From Verrucomicrobiota bacterium (lineage in GTDB: Bacteria > Verrucomicrobiota > Verrucomicrobiia > Opitutales > Seribacteraceae), in assembly GCA_036147595.1 (NCBI GenBank), contig JAYYIG010000038.1, positions 7,734 to 71,733 on the forward strand: 64,000 nucleotides of DNA. Reading direction: 5' to 3'. Positions 38,623-49,609 of this stretch are shown one piece after another. Made by a program: the position numbers and the translations under genes. The first letter of the stretch is position 1; the number at the start of each line of letters is the position of its first letter. The notes under the pieces are model-generated. The model saw only the letters and a list, made by a program, of their open reading frames with translations. It did not search any database and had not been told where the DNA came from.

Positions 38623-40026
38623 TTATGCAGGGTCTACCTCCCATCCGGAACGGTAAACTTTACTGATTAGTTGATCCGTATCCTTACGGTTGGTTTTCAT
38701 ATTCTTGGCATCCCAGGTAAATTTTCCTCCAGCACGCATTGCCACATTACCAAGAAGGATGGCTTCAGTTAGATTACCCGCATAGTCAAAATTGGACATT
38801 GCGATCTCAGGCTTACCTTCATGAATTGCCTTAACCAATTCCTCTTTCATTCCGTTATCTCCACGACCGTTCCTTGGAAGAGTTTGCTCAACTTTATCGA
38901 CTTCACTGCGTTTGTGCCATTTTCCCCCTTTATAGACACTCCAATCAGCACCATAATCATTTGGCGAGTGCATAATCCCATCGGATCCGACAATTAGCAG
39001 TCCACTGTTCTTTGGCGTTTCTCCATGTAAAAGATCAAGTGGAGGAAGATTTTTAACTCCTTTGTTATCCTTGCCATTATTCCCCACCTTACCCTCGTAC
39101 CAGTGGAATTTAATGGGACCACGTTTATCAGTTTTTGGGAAATCCAAATTAATACTTGCCCAAGATGGGAATGTTTCATCATTGATCGGACCCGTATTTA
39201 CTGACTCTACTGAAGTTGGCTGGGTAAGCTCACAACCCATAAAGGCAAGATTGGTGGTATGACATGCCATATCTCCCAAAGCACCCGTTCCATAATCCCA
39301 CCAACCTCTCCATTTAAATGGCGTGTAAGCGGAGTGATATGGTCGCATCTGAGCTGGTCCGATAAAAGAATTCCAATCGAGATGATCAGGAACTGACATC
39401 GATTCCGATGGTCTTTCAATAATGGATGGTGCCTGTGGCCAAACTGGTCTGTTCGTCCAAGCGTGAATTTCCTTAACTTTGCCTAGCCCCCCAGCCCTGA
39501 TGTATTCGGCACCCTCTCGTAAGCCGTCTGCAGCCGTTCCTTGGTTACCCATTTGAGTACAGATCTTATTTTTGCGTGCCATAACTGCAAGCTGTCGTGC
39601 CTCCCAAACCGTATGCGTGAGTGGTTTCTGAACATAAACGTGGATACCCCATCTCATGCCCATCATCGCTGCGGGTGCATGGGTATGGTCAGCGGTACTC
39701 ACATTCATTACATCAATCTTATCACCCAACTGACTGATCATCTCACGAAAATCACTAAACTTGACTGCATCGGTATGCTTGCGAACAGCTACATCAAGTC
39801 GACGTGCATCTACATCACATGCGGCAATTACGTCTCCGTGCATTGCCAGTCCGTCAAAATCCCCTTTTCCTTTACCTCCGACTCCAACGCCCGCTACTTG
39901 CAACCTACTGTTGGCTCCAAAAACTCGACTCGGCACAAAGGTAAATGCAAAAGCTGAGGATGCAGCTGCCCCGATGAAGGAACGACGTGAATAAGAAAAG
40001 GTCTTTTTGAAGTTACTGGATTTCAT
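38623..40026 (-). CDS. Gfo/Idh/MocA-family oxidoreductase (Tat signal)
   Basis: SRRSFI, GVGVGGKG, STADHTH, VYVQKPL, TQMGNQG, GALGDMACH. Confidence 0.92.
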   Translation of the reverse strand: MKSSNFKKTFSYSRRSFIGAAASSAFAFTFVPSRVFGANSRLQVAGVGVGGKGKGDFDGLAMHGDVIAACDVDARRLDVAVRKHTDAVKFSDFREMISQLGDKIDVMNVSTADHTHAPAAMMGMRWGIHVYVQKPLTHTVWEARQLAVMARKNKICTQMGNQGTAADGLREGAEYIRAGGLGKVKEIHAWTNRPVWPQAPSIIERPSESMSVPDHLDWNSFIGPAQMRPYHSAYTPFKWRGWWDYGTGALGDMACHTTNLAFMGCELTQPTSVESVNTGPINDETFPSWASINLDFPKTDKRGPIKFHWYEGKVGNNGKDNKGVKNLPPLDLLHGETPKNSGLLIVGSDGIMHSPNDYGADWSVYKGGKWHKRSEVDKVEQTLPRNGRGDNGMKEELVKAIHEGKPEIAMSNFDYAGNLTEAILLGNVAMRAGGKFTWDAKNMKTNRKDTDQLISKVYRSGWEVDPA

Positions 40027-40286
40027 AAATTTGCAGACTTTTATCACATTCTACAAATGTCTGCCTAGGCAAGATAATTTTTAGTTTACGCCCGATTATT
40101 ATTCTAATGGGGAAACTTAGAATATTTAGGTTTTTGTTTGATCATCAGAAGCCTTTTGCAACTTCCTTTTTTCGTCTCTGCCCATTGTCAATGAAAAGAA
40201 AATTACGCGGAGAAGCATTTTTTCAGTGAGTTTTTTTCCCTAAACCCAAAACAAGAGGCGGAACATGGTTTGACATTCATAAATTT

Positions 40287-40317
40287 AAAAAACAAAGGTG
40301 AAAAAAGTTTCACCTTT
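40287..40317 (-). terminator. Probable intrinsic terminator
   Basis: 10-bp stem AAAGGTGAAA/TTTCACCTTT plus a U-tract on the minus strand, after the FAD oxidoreductase gene. Confidence 0.6.
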
Positions 40318-40331
40318 CTGTACAAAAACTG

Positions 40332-42458
40332 TCATTCCAAAACAAGGGGAATAATTCTCGCAGAATCTACGATAACAAATCCTTCTGTATCTTCGTTGGA
40401 AACTTGAATCGAATATTTCTTATTGGCACTAAACTCATAAGAACCAAGAGAGTGCCAAAGATTGTCACCATTACTTTTCATCCGCTGATCTAACTTCACG
40501 ATCTCCTTTCCTTTGACACTATTTACCACATACTTTACCTCACCAGCACGGTTTCCCGCAGGAAGAAAGGAAACTCTAACTTCATGCAAACCGTTCCTTT
40601 CAACTTGAAACGGAAACTCAGCCGAACGCATTCCCTTTCCTGCATTACCATCATGGTAATAGGAACTACCAACAAAAGGGCGTAGAGAAGAACTACGAAT
40701 CCATTCACCAGAGAATTTGACTGCTGAATCATCTACCACCACCCCCGACAATGATTTTGGGTCAATACCCTCTCCCGCACTTAAAATATTGCTTCTTTCA
40801 AGTGCTAAAACCTGTCCATCAGAAAGTAACCTTTTTTGAAGCAAATCATAGGGCAAGGACTGTACGTTCAACTCTGATTCAATCGAGAGCACAGCGGCTG
40901 TTGCAGCAGATTGACCTAAGATCATAAAAACGGGCTCCATTCGAATTGAACCAAATGCAATATGGGAAGAGGAAATGCACACAGGAACCAAAAGATTTGA
41001 ACACTCTCCCGGTTTCGGCACGAGTGAACCGTATGATATTTCATATGGGCCTCCAGGATTCACCTGTATGTCTCCCTCATTCAAAACGTATGCCTGCCCT
41101 TGTACATTCTTTGCCACATATCGTTGAACATTATGCGAGTCCATATTGTAAGATCCCATTCCAACCGAATGGGGTGTTTCCTTGATGTCTCTTAAGTGCA
41201 GTTCAGTCATTACAAAACTGCCCACCATCCTACGGGCTTCCCGCACGTAAATCTGATGAGGCCAATTTTCGTTGTCCTCAAACTCATCCTTGGCCAATCC
41301 CCAGCGGCTCATTCTCTCTCGCACGTCCTCCGGAACACGAGGGTCATTACTCAAAAAATAAAAATATCCTTTTTGATACTGTTCATGCTCTGCAATAATG
41401 GCCTTTCTTTCCTCGTACGAACCAGCTGGATAATCATAGTTCATTCCAATGTTGTCCGTACTGAAAGGGCCATGATTATTGGTGTCAGTCTTGGCATTGG
41501 GAATTGGATCAAACTTTCCAAAGACATGCCTCGAGCCCATCTTCAATGTTCTTAGCAGCAACTCATACTCCGATGGATCATAACCCTCTGGCTTTGGAAA
41601 GGGGAGCCTATTATCTTCAACCTGGGTTAAACAAACCCTAAAATTGTATGCCTGCATTTTTGAATCACCTTCACCTTCTGTACCGGGTCCATTACTGCTT
41701 ATGCGAGCCAACAATCCACTACTTGAGTTTCCTTCCTTTACAAATGGGTCAATCATTCCGGAAAACTGATGTTTTTTTGCATTTTTAGTCTGAACACCAC
41801 TTAGAGTTTCTCCATACTTGGAATTGGCTTCACGACCAATAAAGAAGGAGACTCCCGCACTTGCCATCAAGTCTCCTTCATAAGTGCAATCCAAAAACAT
41901 TTTTCCATTATAAGTATTTCCAGACAGGGTAGTTATGGAAATAATCTTACCATCCTTCTTCGCTACGCCGTTATTACGGTCCAGCCACTCGTCTCTAACC
42001 ACTTCAATCTCGTTTTCCTTAACCATGGATTCGAAGATCATTTCGGCTACCTTAGGCTCAAAAATCCACATCGTTCTTAAGTCTCCATCAATAGCGGGAG
42101 AACCTTGCCCACGATTGCCATAATCTTCTCTCTTTTCCCAATTCCAGGCATCCGCTCCCTGATAGTGCCTCCAAACGCGGTGATAAAACTCTCTGGCAAT
42201 TCCACCAATTGCTTGCTTTTTGCCACTATCCGTCCAACCAAGACCACTACTTGATAATCCTCCAAGATGAGTGTCAGGAGAAACGACCAGCACTGTCTTA
42301 CCCATTCTTTTAACTTGAACAGCCGAAGCAATTGCAGCGGATGTACCTCCGTAAATAACTACATCCACATCCTTTCTCTGCGAAAGAACAACCTGCGATC
42401 CAATCACCAAACCCAGAAGCACTCGCAAAAGACTTTTAAATCGCCATAAGATTGCCAT
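40332..42458 (-). CDS. Secreted FAD-dependent oxidoreductase with a C-terminal xanthan-lyase/golvesin-like beta domain
   Basis: DVVIYGGTSA, LGGLSSSGLG, DCTYEGDL, YVREARRM, SIRMEPVFM; C-terminal VVVDD..GEW..YYHDG..VIVDS. Confidence 0.88.
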   Translation of the reverse strand: MAILWRFKSLLRVLLGLVIGSQVVLSQRKDVDVVIYGGTSAAIASAVQVKRMGKTVLVVSPDTHLGGLSSSGLGWTDSGKKQAIGGIAREFYHRVWRHYQGADAWNWEKREDYGNRGQGSPAIDGDLRTMWIFEPKVAEMIFESMVKENEIEVVRDEWLDRNNGVAKKDGKIISITTLSGNTYNGKMFLDCTYEGDLMASAGVSFFIGREANSKYGETLSGVQTKNAKKHQFSGMIDPFVKEGNSSSGLLARISSNGPGTEGEGDSKMQAYNFRVCLTQVEDNRLPFPKPEGYDPSEYELLLRTLKMGSRHVFGKFDPIPNAKTDTNNHGPFSTDNIGMNYDYPAGSYEERKAIIAEHEQYQKGYFYFLSNDPRVPEDVRERMSRWGLAKDEFEDNENWPHQIYVREARRMVGSFVMTELHLRDIKETPHSVGMGSYNMDSHNVQRYVAKNVQGQAYVLNEGDIQVNPGGPYEISYGSLVPKPGECSNLLVPVCISSSHIAFGSIRMEPVFMILGQSAATAAVLSIESELNVQSLPYDLLQKRLLSDGQVLALERSNILSAGEGIDPKSLSGVVVDDSAVKFSGEWIRSSSLRPFVGSSYYHDGNAGKGMRSAEFPFQVERNGLHEVRVSFLPAGNRAGEVKYVVNSVKGKEIVKLDQRMKSNGDNLWHSLGSYEFSANKKYSIQVSNEDTEGFVIVDSARIIPLVLE

Positions 42459-42510
42459 CTAATTTCATCACTACGGAATGATTCGATGCTCGCAAGAAAA
42501 ATGAATATGC

Positions 42511-43437
42511 CTATTCCATGGATCTAATTGCTGCATCGATTTTTGAGAACCTAAACTGAAAATCATTCTCTGATAAAACCCTCGATATCACTTTTCTACT
42601 TTTCAAAACCAATTCTGCTTCTGTTCCCAAAAGAACTGCTCCCAAGTACATCAACATAGTAGGCGCTGGAAGCCCTATTTTCATAGGAGCGAAAGAATCT
42701 CGCAATACTCTCATAAACTCTCGATTTGTAACTGGATTAGGTGCAGCCAGATTAACGGGTCCGAAAATCAAAGAATTTTTCATCAGGAATTTGGCAATTC
42801 CTACCCAGTCATCGATATGCAACCAACTTATCCATTGAGTACCAGGACCCTGCTTTCCACCAAGCCCAAGTTTTGTCAATCGTCGCATCACCGGGAATGC
42901 TCCACCACCCTTCCCCAAAACGATGCTTATTCTCATTGCTATCTTCCGGACATGCTCAACAGGTGCATCAAAAAAAGCCTTTTCCCAAGCCCTTCCCACT
43001 TCCTCGGAAAAACCTACAGCATTTCCTTCGCTATGTTCATCATGAGCAGGTAAATCCCCCCTTCGATCATTATAAATTGTAGCCGTACTGGCATTAAGCC
43101 AGACGGAGGGAGGATTCTCGCGTGATCGAATTGCTTCTCCCAAAGCTTTTGTGGAATCTACTCTAGAATTAAGAATTAATGATTTGTTTTCTTTGGTATA
43201 TCGACAATCTACTGAGCGTCCAGTAAGATTAAAAACAGCCAAGGCATTTTCCAATTCGTCTACCCAAGCACCCAAACTTTTGGCATCCCATTGAACAAAT
43301 CTTCCATTTTGTCCGGGTTTTTCAAGTCTTCCAAGTATCACCACTTCGTAACCTTCCTCAAGTAATGAAGTGGAAAGGGCTTGCCCCAAAAAGCCAGAAC
43401 CTCCTGCTATAATTACCTTGCCCAAGGTTTTATTCAT
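42511..43437 (-). CDS. TIGR01777/YfcH-like NAD-dependent epimerase
   Basis: [26 protein letters not shown]-like motif, PNPVTN. Confidence 0.9.
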   Translation of the reverse strand: MNKTLGKVIIAGGSGFLGQALSTSLLEEGYEVVILGRLEKPGQNGRFVQWDAKSLGAWVDELENALAVFNLTGRSVDCRYTKENKSLILNSRVDSTKALGEAIRSRENPPSVWLNASTATIYNDRRGDLPAHDEHSEGNAVGFSEEVGRAWEKAFFDAPVEHVRKIAMRISIVLGKGGGAFPVMRRLTKLGLGGKQGPGTQWISWLHIDDWVGIAKFLMKNSLIFGPVNLAAPNPVTNREFMRVLRDSFAPMKIGLPAPTMLMYLGAVLLGTEAELVLKSRKVISRVLSENDFQFRFSKIDAAIRSME

Positions 43438-44483
43438 CGCGATGAGATTTTTTTGAAAATTTGGATGGCCTGATCAATTTTTTGATCATCTATGTGAAGA
43501 TGTGTCACGAGTCTAAGCGAGTTTTCATCAAGAGCAAAACACAGCAAACCTTCATCCGACAAATTTTGCTGCCATTCATATGCTGGTGTTTCCGTTTTAA
43601 CATAGACCATATTTGTTTGAACATTTTCCAATTTAACATTCAGACCTTCCATTTCAGAAAGACTTTCAGCCAGACGGTTGGCTCGTTCATGATCTCCTTT
43701 GAGGTGGGGAAGGTTATGATCCAATGCATATATGCCCGCTGCCGCCAAAACACCTGATTGCCGCATCCCGCCTCCTAACATTTTTCGCCAACGATGGGCT
43801 TGATCGATAAATGCCACAGTGCCTGCCAGAACACTGCCCACTGGCGCTCCCAAGCCCTTGGACAGGCACACAGAAACGGAATCAAACATGGAAACAAGAT
43901 TGTTCGCATTTTGTTCACTCGCTTCAACTGCGTTGAACAATCGGGCACCATCCAAATGCAGTTTGCACTGTGTCTCCCATGCGACCTCCTCAACTTCTTT
44001 TAGAATTTCGAGGGGATAGCAAGTACCGCCTCCTCGGTTGGAAGTATTTTCAAGACATATCAGGGAAGCATTAGGAAAGTGACTACGACTTCCCTTTGAT
44101 TTGCGGATCCGTTTACGAAGATCAGCTGGATCAATAATTCCGTTACTGCTTGGAACCAATGCCATCGAACATCCAGACAAGGCTGCAAATCCTCCCCCCT
44201 CGTAAACATACAAGTGGCTATGCTCCTCAGCTACAATTTCATCACCCGGTTGAGTATGCGTGCGAACTGCCACGGCGTTTGACATGGTACCGCTCGGAAC
44301 AAAAAGGGCCGCTTCCTTTCCAAGCATTCCTGCAACTTTTTCTTGCAGACGGATTACCGTTGGATCGTCTCCGTTTACATCATCACCGACTTCCGCATTT
44401 CGCATGGCATTACGCATTCCTTCACAAGGTTGCGTAACCGTATCGCTTCTTAGGTCGATCACATGGGATGGTTTACTTTCCAT
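43434..44483 (-). CDS. ltaE: Low-specificity L-threonine aldolase
   Basis: [51 protein letters not shown]. Confidence 0.93.
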   Translation of the reverse strand: MESKPSHVIDLRSDTVTQPCEGMRNAMRNAEVGDDVNGDDPTVIRLQEKVAGMLGKEAALFVPSGTMSNAVAVRTHTQPGDEIVAEEHSHLYVYEGGGFAALSGCSMALVPSSNGIIDPADLRKRIRKSKGSRSHFPNASLICLENTSNRGGGTCYPLEILKEVEEVAWETQCKLHLDGARLFNAVEASEQNANNLVSMFDSVSVCLSKGLGAPVGSVLAGTVAFIDQAHRWRKMLGGGMRQSGVLAAAGIYALDHNLPHLKGDHERANRLAESLSEMEGLNVKLENVQTNMVYVKTETPAYEWQQNLSDEGLLCFALDENSLRLVTHLHIDDQKIDQAIQIFKKISSR

Positions 44484-44506
44484 CCTTTGAGTGCTGAGTT
44501 CTTTTT

Positions 44507-45193
44507 CTATTTAAGGACAATGTTTTTAAAGTAGACCTTCATCGGTGGCCCAGAGTGGACTTGAAAGGCAAGCAATCCATCTGCACGACGAGTTTTCTTG
44601 TCATTATCAATCAATTCTGTCGTTTTTACCCCATTGATATATTGAGTGAAATGAAAGCCCTTTGCGACGATTCGATAATTGTTCCACTCTCCTTTTTTTA
44701 CGGCTTTTCCTATCTCGTTGGTATCTCCAAACTTTTCCACTTTCTTCTGTAATTTCCCTGCATCATTCAGGGAAAGTGTGGTTTTATCTCCCCTCATTGA
44801 AAGGATTCCACGAAATGCTTCCCCATAACAAATCCCAGAAAAACGGTCACCAGACTCGAAGTCAGCCTGATATCCTCCGATTCGCCAACCGTCATGTTTC
44901 CCGGGCTTTACAAAACTTCGGTACTGAATCCCGCTATTACCACCATCAATCTTGTAATCGAGAGTAAGATCGAAATCTTTCAAAACCCCATCCTTCCAAA
45001 TGAGAAATGTATTTCCCTTGGTTGGATTTTCTTTGGTATTCTCGCCAACAATCGCCCCATCTTTAACGCTCCAATGGACCGGATTGCCGTCCCAGCCATC
45101 TAATGTCCTACCGTCAAAAAGGTGTTTTCCACCGAATAAAGGGAAGGAAGTAAGAGTGAAAAGGATAATAGTGAGTGATAATTGATTCTGCAT
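44507..45193 (-). CDS. DUF1080 (3-keto-disaccharide hydrolase-like) secreted protein
   Basis: [38 protein letters not shown]. Confidence 0.92.
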   Translation of the reverse strand: MQNQLSLTIILFTLTSFPLFGGKHLFDGRTLDGWDGNPVHWSVKDGAIVGENTKENPTKGNTFLIWKDGVLKDFDLTLDYKIDGGNSGIQYRSFVKPGKHDGWRIGGYQADFESGDRFSGICYGEAFRGILSMRGDKTTLSLNDAGKLQKKVEKFGDTNEIGKAVKKGEWNNYRIVAKGFHFTQYINGVKTTELIDNDKKTRRADGLLAFQVHSGPPMKVYFKNIVLK

Positions 45194-45279
45194 TTAATCC
45201 ATATGTCTAACTCTCATCAATTTAGGCAAGGAAAAGTTGACCCATTACAACTTTTCTTATGAAATCGGGAACACTTTAC

Positions 45280-46230
45280 ATGATCAAAGTCCAAGATCTT
45301 AAAATCCATTACGGAGAATTCGTCGCAGTAAACAATCTGTCCTTTTCCGTAAAACAGGGTACGATTTTTGGACTCATCGGACCCAATGGGGCAGGGAAAA
45401 CAACCACAATCAAAGCCATGGCGACTCTACTTGAGCCCACTTATGGAGAAGTTTTGATTGGTGATACTTCAGTTTTTCACGAACCGGAGAAAGCCCGTCG
45501 TATGCTTGGTTATATGCCCGACTTCCCTCCCGTATATGATGATTTGCGAGTAGAGGAATTTTGCGATCTTTTTGCACATGCATATCTCCAAACAAAATCA
45601 CAAAGAAAGCGAAAGGTAGAGGACGCACTTGCCAGAACCAATCTGCTCGACAAGAGAAAAGAATTTTGCCGATCACTGTCACGGGGAATGAAACAACGTG
45701 CACTTTTGGCAAAGACAATCGTACACAATCCGTCAATAATGCTTTTAGACGAACCAGGTGCCAATCTTGACCCAAAAGCCCGCATTGAAATGCGTAACCT
45801 GCTACGCAAACTGGCCAATGATGGAAAGACGATCCTAATTTCTTCTCATGTTCTTACTGAATTGCAGGATCTTTGTGATGAAATTGGAATGATGAAAGAT
45901 GGGGAAATGGTTGTTACCGGATCAATTGAAGAAATCACCCAAGACCGCAGCAATTCAAGAATTATCGAACTCGAACTGATTCATTCATCCTCAAGAATCG
46001 AGGAAATCGCCAGTGAATGGCCTACCCTTTCAGATCTCTCATCTCTTAATGAATCATCTACCCTTTTTCAATTTTCACATTCTGGAGACAGACAAGACCT
46101 TTCAAAATTTTTGGCAAAACTAGTGGAAGAAAAACTTGAAGTTGTCTCCTTTTCCACCCGCAAATCAAAAGTGGAAGACTTATTTATGGAAATCGATTCT
46201 TCCAATCAAGTTGATCTTGAAGAGTTATGA
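45280..46230 (+). CDS. ABC transporter ATP-binding protein (ABC-2/multidrug type)
   Basis: GPNGAGKTT, LSRGMKQR, LLDEP, ISSH. Start taken at the second ATG. Confidence 0.92.
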   Translation: MIKVQDLKIHYGEFVAVNNLSFSVKQGTIFGLIGPNGAGKTTTIKAMATLLEPTYGEVLIGDTSVFHEPEKARRMLGYMPDFPPVYDDLRVEEFCDLFAHAYLQTKSQRKRKVEDALARTNLLDKRKEFCRSLSRGMKQRALLAKTIVHNPSIMLLDEPGANLDPKARIEMRNLLRKLANDGKTILISSHVLTELQDLCDEIGMMKDGEMVVTGSIEEITQDRSNSRIIELELIHSSSRIEEIASEWPTLSDLSSLNESSTLFQFSHSGDRQDLSKFLAKLVEEKLEVVSFSTRKSKVEDLFMEIDSSNQVDLEEL

Positions 46231-47909
46231 ACGCACTTATCCTTAGAGGGATTAGGCAAAATCTTCGCCCTAAGCATTTGATTGCAGCTGGGCTTTTTTC
46301 CCTGATTGTCTGTTCCACGGCATATATGACTTCTTATCTCGAAGGAGCTAAGGGTAAGTACACCTACGATTCCCAGACACAAGAGTGGACCAGAGGAGAA
46401 GATTCGCCAATCAACGGGGCCCGCAATGCATTTACCTTTTTGGTCATAATTCAAGGATTTTATCTAATGTTCCTCGGGACAGGACGGGTCGCTTCCGTCA
46501 CAGCGGAAGAAAGAGAGTCCGGTCTTCTTGATTATCAGAGGATGACACCGATGAACCCCTTTTCTAAGATTGTCGGTTATATTTTTGGACTTCCAGCTCG
46601 GGAATATTACATGTTTCTCTTTACCATCCCCTTCCTTCTACACTGCGTGGTGGCAGGTAAAATACCTTGGGATAATGTATTTCAATTGTATGCCGTATTT
46701 TTTTGCTCGGTAATCCTTTATCACCTTACAGCACATGCGGTGGGGCTAGTTGTACCCAAGCCAAGAGCTGCTTCTTGGGTATCACGAATAGTGGTGCTTG
46801 GCTTATATGTGGCACTACCTGGACTCGGACAGGCGGGAATATCTTTCTTATCCTTCCTCACAATTCTTCCCACTTATTTTGGTAAAATACTTCCAGTCTT
46901 ACATCCTGTGGATAAAGACGTCAAAATGGGACATTACGAACAAATAGTCATCGATTTCTGGCAGGATGTCCCCTTCTTCAACTTCACGATCTCGCCCACG
47001 GCCTTTACTTTTCTCATGCAAGGGCTCCTTATTTTTACGCTACTTGTCACCGCCTACCGCAAGTGGAGAAACCAGGCCCTTCCCGCATTTTCTAAATCAT
47101 CCGGACTGCTATTGTTTTTCGTCTTACAGTTTCTCCTACTTGGTTCCCTCTGGACTTTTTTTGCCAATGGCGAAGCATCTGGACTGATTGGAAATGCAAT
47201 TTCTTCTAGCGAAAATGTCCCTTTACATCAGAAAATAGTTTTTTTTGTACTTGTAGATACGATCTATGCCGGATTGTCCATACTTGCTCTGTTGGCTCTT
47301 ATCAACGTCTGCTGCCCGAACCGTCATCTTTTCTTGAAAGGCATACAACGAATCAGGAAATTTCATCTCCCTCGTATCCCGGTGCTTGCGGATGAATGCA
47401 GTGGGTTATGGTTTGTGGCATTGCTGTCAGGAATGACCATCGCCGTTTTCACTTGCTTGACTTCACTTGCCTTGGATTCGAAAAATTGGGACATCTCACC
47501 CTCATTGTCTTCTTTGATCATTATTCCTTCTATTGGAATCCTAGCCACTGCCATTTATCTTCAGGCAGCGAGAGAGATGTGGTTCAATCTTGGATTTTGG
47601 GGGTATGTAGGACTCTTATGGATCACCCCATTACTTGCAAGCTTGGTACTCGCCGTGGGATGGCAGGAAGAATATCTATCCATTATATACAAGCTTATCT
47701 CCATTAACCCCTTGGGGCTAATAACTGTTCAGATGTATAATGAATTTGCTGACTTAATCGAAATCCCGTTGGAAAGAAGAGAGATTCTAGCCGAGGCAAA
47801 ATGGTTTGGATTGATTATTTCATCTCTGCTGGCAGTTATTTTACAGGCTAGACTGCTAGCCATTCGAAAAGAAATCTTAACCAAACAACAAATATCCATC
47901 CAAATATGA
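46227..47909 (+). CDS. Multi-pass membrane protein, probable ABC permease
   Basis: Many hydrophobic segments, EERESGLLDYQRMTP loop, ATGA overlap with the ATPase gene. Confidence 0.75.
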   Translation: MNALILRGIRQNLRPKHLIAAGLFSLIVCSTAYMTSYLEGAKGKYTYDSQTQEWTRGEDSPINGARNAFTFLVIIQGFYLMFLGTGRVASVTAEERESGLLDYQRMTPMNPFSKIVGYIFGLPAREYYMFLFTIPFLLHCVVAGKIPWDNVFQLYAVFFCSVILYHLTAHAVGLVVPKPRAASWVSRIVVLGLYVALPGLGQAGISFLSFLTILPTYFGKILPVLHPVDKDVKMGHYEQIVIDFWQDVPFFNFTISPTAFTFLMQGLLIFTLLVTAYRKWRNQALPAFSKSSGLLLFFVLQFLLLGSLWTFFANGEASGLIGNAISSSENVPLHQKIVFFVLVDTIYAGLSILALLALINVCCPNRHLFLKGIQRIRKFHLPRIPVLADECSGLWFVALLSGMTIAVFTCLTSLALDSKNWDISPSLSSLIIIPSIGILATAIYLQAAREMWFNLGFWGYVGLLWITPLLASLVLAVGWQEEYLSIIYKLISINPLGLITVQMYNEFADLIEIPLERREILAEAKWFGLIISSLLAVILQARLLAIRKEILTKQQISIQI

Positions 47910-48196
47910 TTCGTAACCTCCGCATCATCGGAAACATTGAGGGAGTCTCTTACCTCATTCTTCTCTTTATCGCTATGCCGCTAAAATATTCTTACGACAT
48001 GCCTATGGCAGTTAAGATCACTGGGATGGCTCATGGTGTTCTCTTTACGGCTTATTGCCTGCTCCTTGCAATTTGCATGAAAAGATTTTCATGGAAACTG
48101 GGATTCGGGATTTATCTTTTTATTGCAACCCTGATTCCTTTTGGAACATTTGTGACCGATCGGAAACTGAAATTGCTCAGAGGAACGGACCCTTAA
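47906..48196 (+). CDS. DUF3817 small membrane protein
   Basis: EGVSYLILLFIAMPLKY..GMAHGVLF..IPFGTF. Confidence 0.9.
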   Translation: MIRNLRIIGNIEGVSYLILLFIAMPLKYSYDMPMAVKITGMAHGVLFTAYCLLLAICMKRFSWKLGFGIYLFIATLIPFGTFVTDRKLKLLRGTDP

Positions 48197-49593
48197 GCAA
48201 GCAGGCTATTGATCGTGCCACTACTGTCGGCAAAACGGTTCATTTTTAGTCCCATTGCTTGTGCTTGAGTAAGCCATAGGTTGGCAAGTGGCACCCCTCC
48301 TTCTGGAGTTTTGTAGGTTCCGTTCACTTTCTTAACAAGCCCTGATTTCGAAGATACATTAAGGTGCTTGCCAGTTATGAACTTCCCGCCTCCTGAACCA
48401 GCGACAATTACGGGAAGCGCACTGTATTGATGGGTCGAACCATCGCCCAATCCGGAACCATAGGTAAACATAATATTGTCCAACAGGCTCTTACCGTTAG
48501 CTTCTTCAATGCGGTTCATTTTATTACAAAGGTAAGCAAACTGCTCCATGTAGAAATAATCCACCTTGATCAGCTCATTGAGAAACTTGCCTTGATTATG
48601 AGACATCTGGTGATGACTCTTTGGTTTATCAAATAAACTCTCAAAAAGATAGGGAGTATCCCATCTCTCAGGACCAACCATAAAAGTTGTCACGTTGGTG
48701 AGACCGGTTTGCAGGGCCGCTACCATCAAATCTCCCATCAATCGGATGTATTCACCACGGGGCATTTTTCCATCCATGGGAATATCCAAATCTACCTTGC
48801 TCAATTCCTGCTTCATTTCTTCGAGCCGAGATATCTGAGTCTCAATTGCCCGGATCGACTCAAAATACTCTCCAAACTTCTGCTGATCCGAATATCCCAA
48901 CTCTTTTTCCAGCGAGCGGGCATCGTCTAGCACCAAATCGGTGATATTTTTATAGGCACTCCTTTCATCCGATTTGAACAATCGACGATAAGCAAGCAAT
49001 GGATCACGCATCGAAGGAGCGACATGCTCAGTTCCATACCATGAAATATTATCAAACTGGATCGATTCCTTATTGTCCTTGTGACTGTTACAGCTGAATT
49101 CCAGAGTTTTGAAAGGTGTCTGAGCTCCGATTTTATCTGCAATAATATGATCGAGCGTCCTTGCCTGCGGGTATGGGGTGTGCTTGAGGCTAAAAGGACT
49201 GGCACTTGAAAGGAAACAGGAAGCACACTGGGCATGCACATCCGTGCCAGGTTGGAAAGTTCGGTCCAGACCTGTAATCAGAGTGATCTTATCCTTGAGT
49301 CCCTCCAACGGTTTCATGGTTTGGGTTAACTGCAAGTCATGCAGACCAATCTCAATATTCGATCGGGTACTTTCAGCGTCAAAACTGTCATTGGTAAACT
49401 TCTGCTGAACTATACTCTTTTCCTCTCCCGGAAAAAATGTCTGTCTGACCACCCCGATTGGCACATAATAGAAAGCGGCACGCTGCGGCGGAAGTAAAGT
49501 TGCTCCCCCATTGGCCAAGCTCTCCATCCAGGGAAGTGCCAAGATAGAACTGCCCATACCTCTAAGAAAATTGCGGCGCCCCAATGTATTCAT
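48193..49593 (-). CDS. DUF1552 domain protein (Tat signal)
   Basis: RRNFLRG, YVPIG, EYFESIRAIE, HHQMSH, SLLDN..YGSGLGDG..H, PLANLWLT. Confidence 0.9.
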   Translation of the reverse strand: MNTLGRRNFLRGMGSSILALPWMESLANGGATLLPPQRAAFYYVPIGVVRQTFFPGEEKSIVQQKFTNDSFDAESTRSNIEIGLHDLQLTQTMKPLEGLKDKITLITGLDRTFQPGTDVHAQCASCFLSSASPFSLKHTPYPQARTLDHIIADKIGAQTPFKTLEFSCNSHKDNKESIQFDNISWYGTEHVAPSMRDPLLAYRRLFKSDERSAYKNITDLVLDDARSLEKELGYSDQQKFGEYFESIRAIETQISRLEEMKQELSKVDLDIPMDGKMPRGEYIRLMGDLMVAALQTGLTNVTTFMVGPERWDTPYLFESLFDKPKSHHQMSHNQGKFLNELIKVDYFYMEQFAYLCNKMNRIEEANGKSLLDNIMFTYGSGLGDGSTHQYSALPVIVAGSGGGKFITGKHLNVSSKSGLVKKVNGTYKTPEGGVPLANLWLTQAQAMGLKMNRFADSSGTINSLLA

Positions 49594-49609
49594 ATTTCCA
49601 TTCTCCTTC

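Noticed and set aside
40125-40270. Short minus-strand ORF (MLLRVIFFSLTMGRDEKRKLQKASDDQTKT) in the gap between the FAD oxidoreductase and Gfo genes
   Set aside because: Only 30 codons, no SD or recognisable motif; cannot be supported.
8255-48196. Convergent genes sharing stop codons (TTAA at 8255-8258 and 48193-48196) and a 3' overlap at 24264-24281
   Set aside because: An ordinary result of genome compaction.
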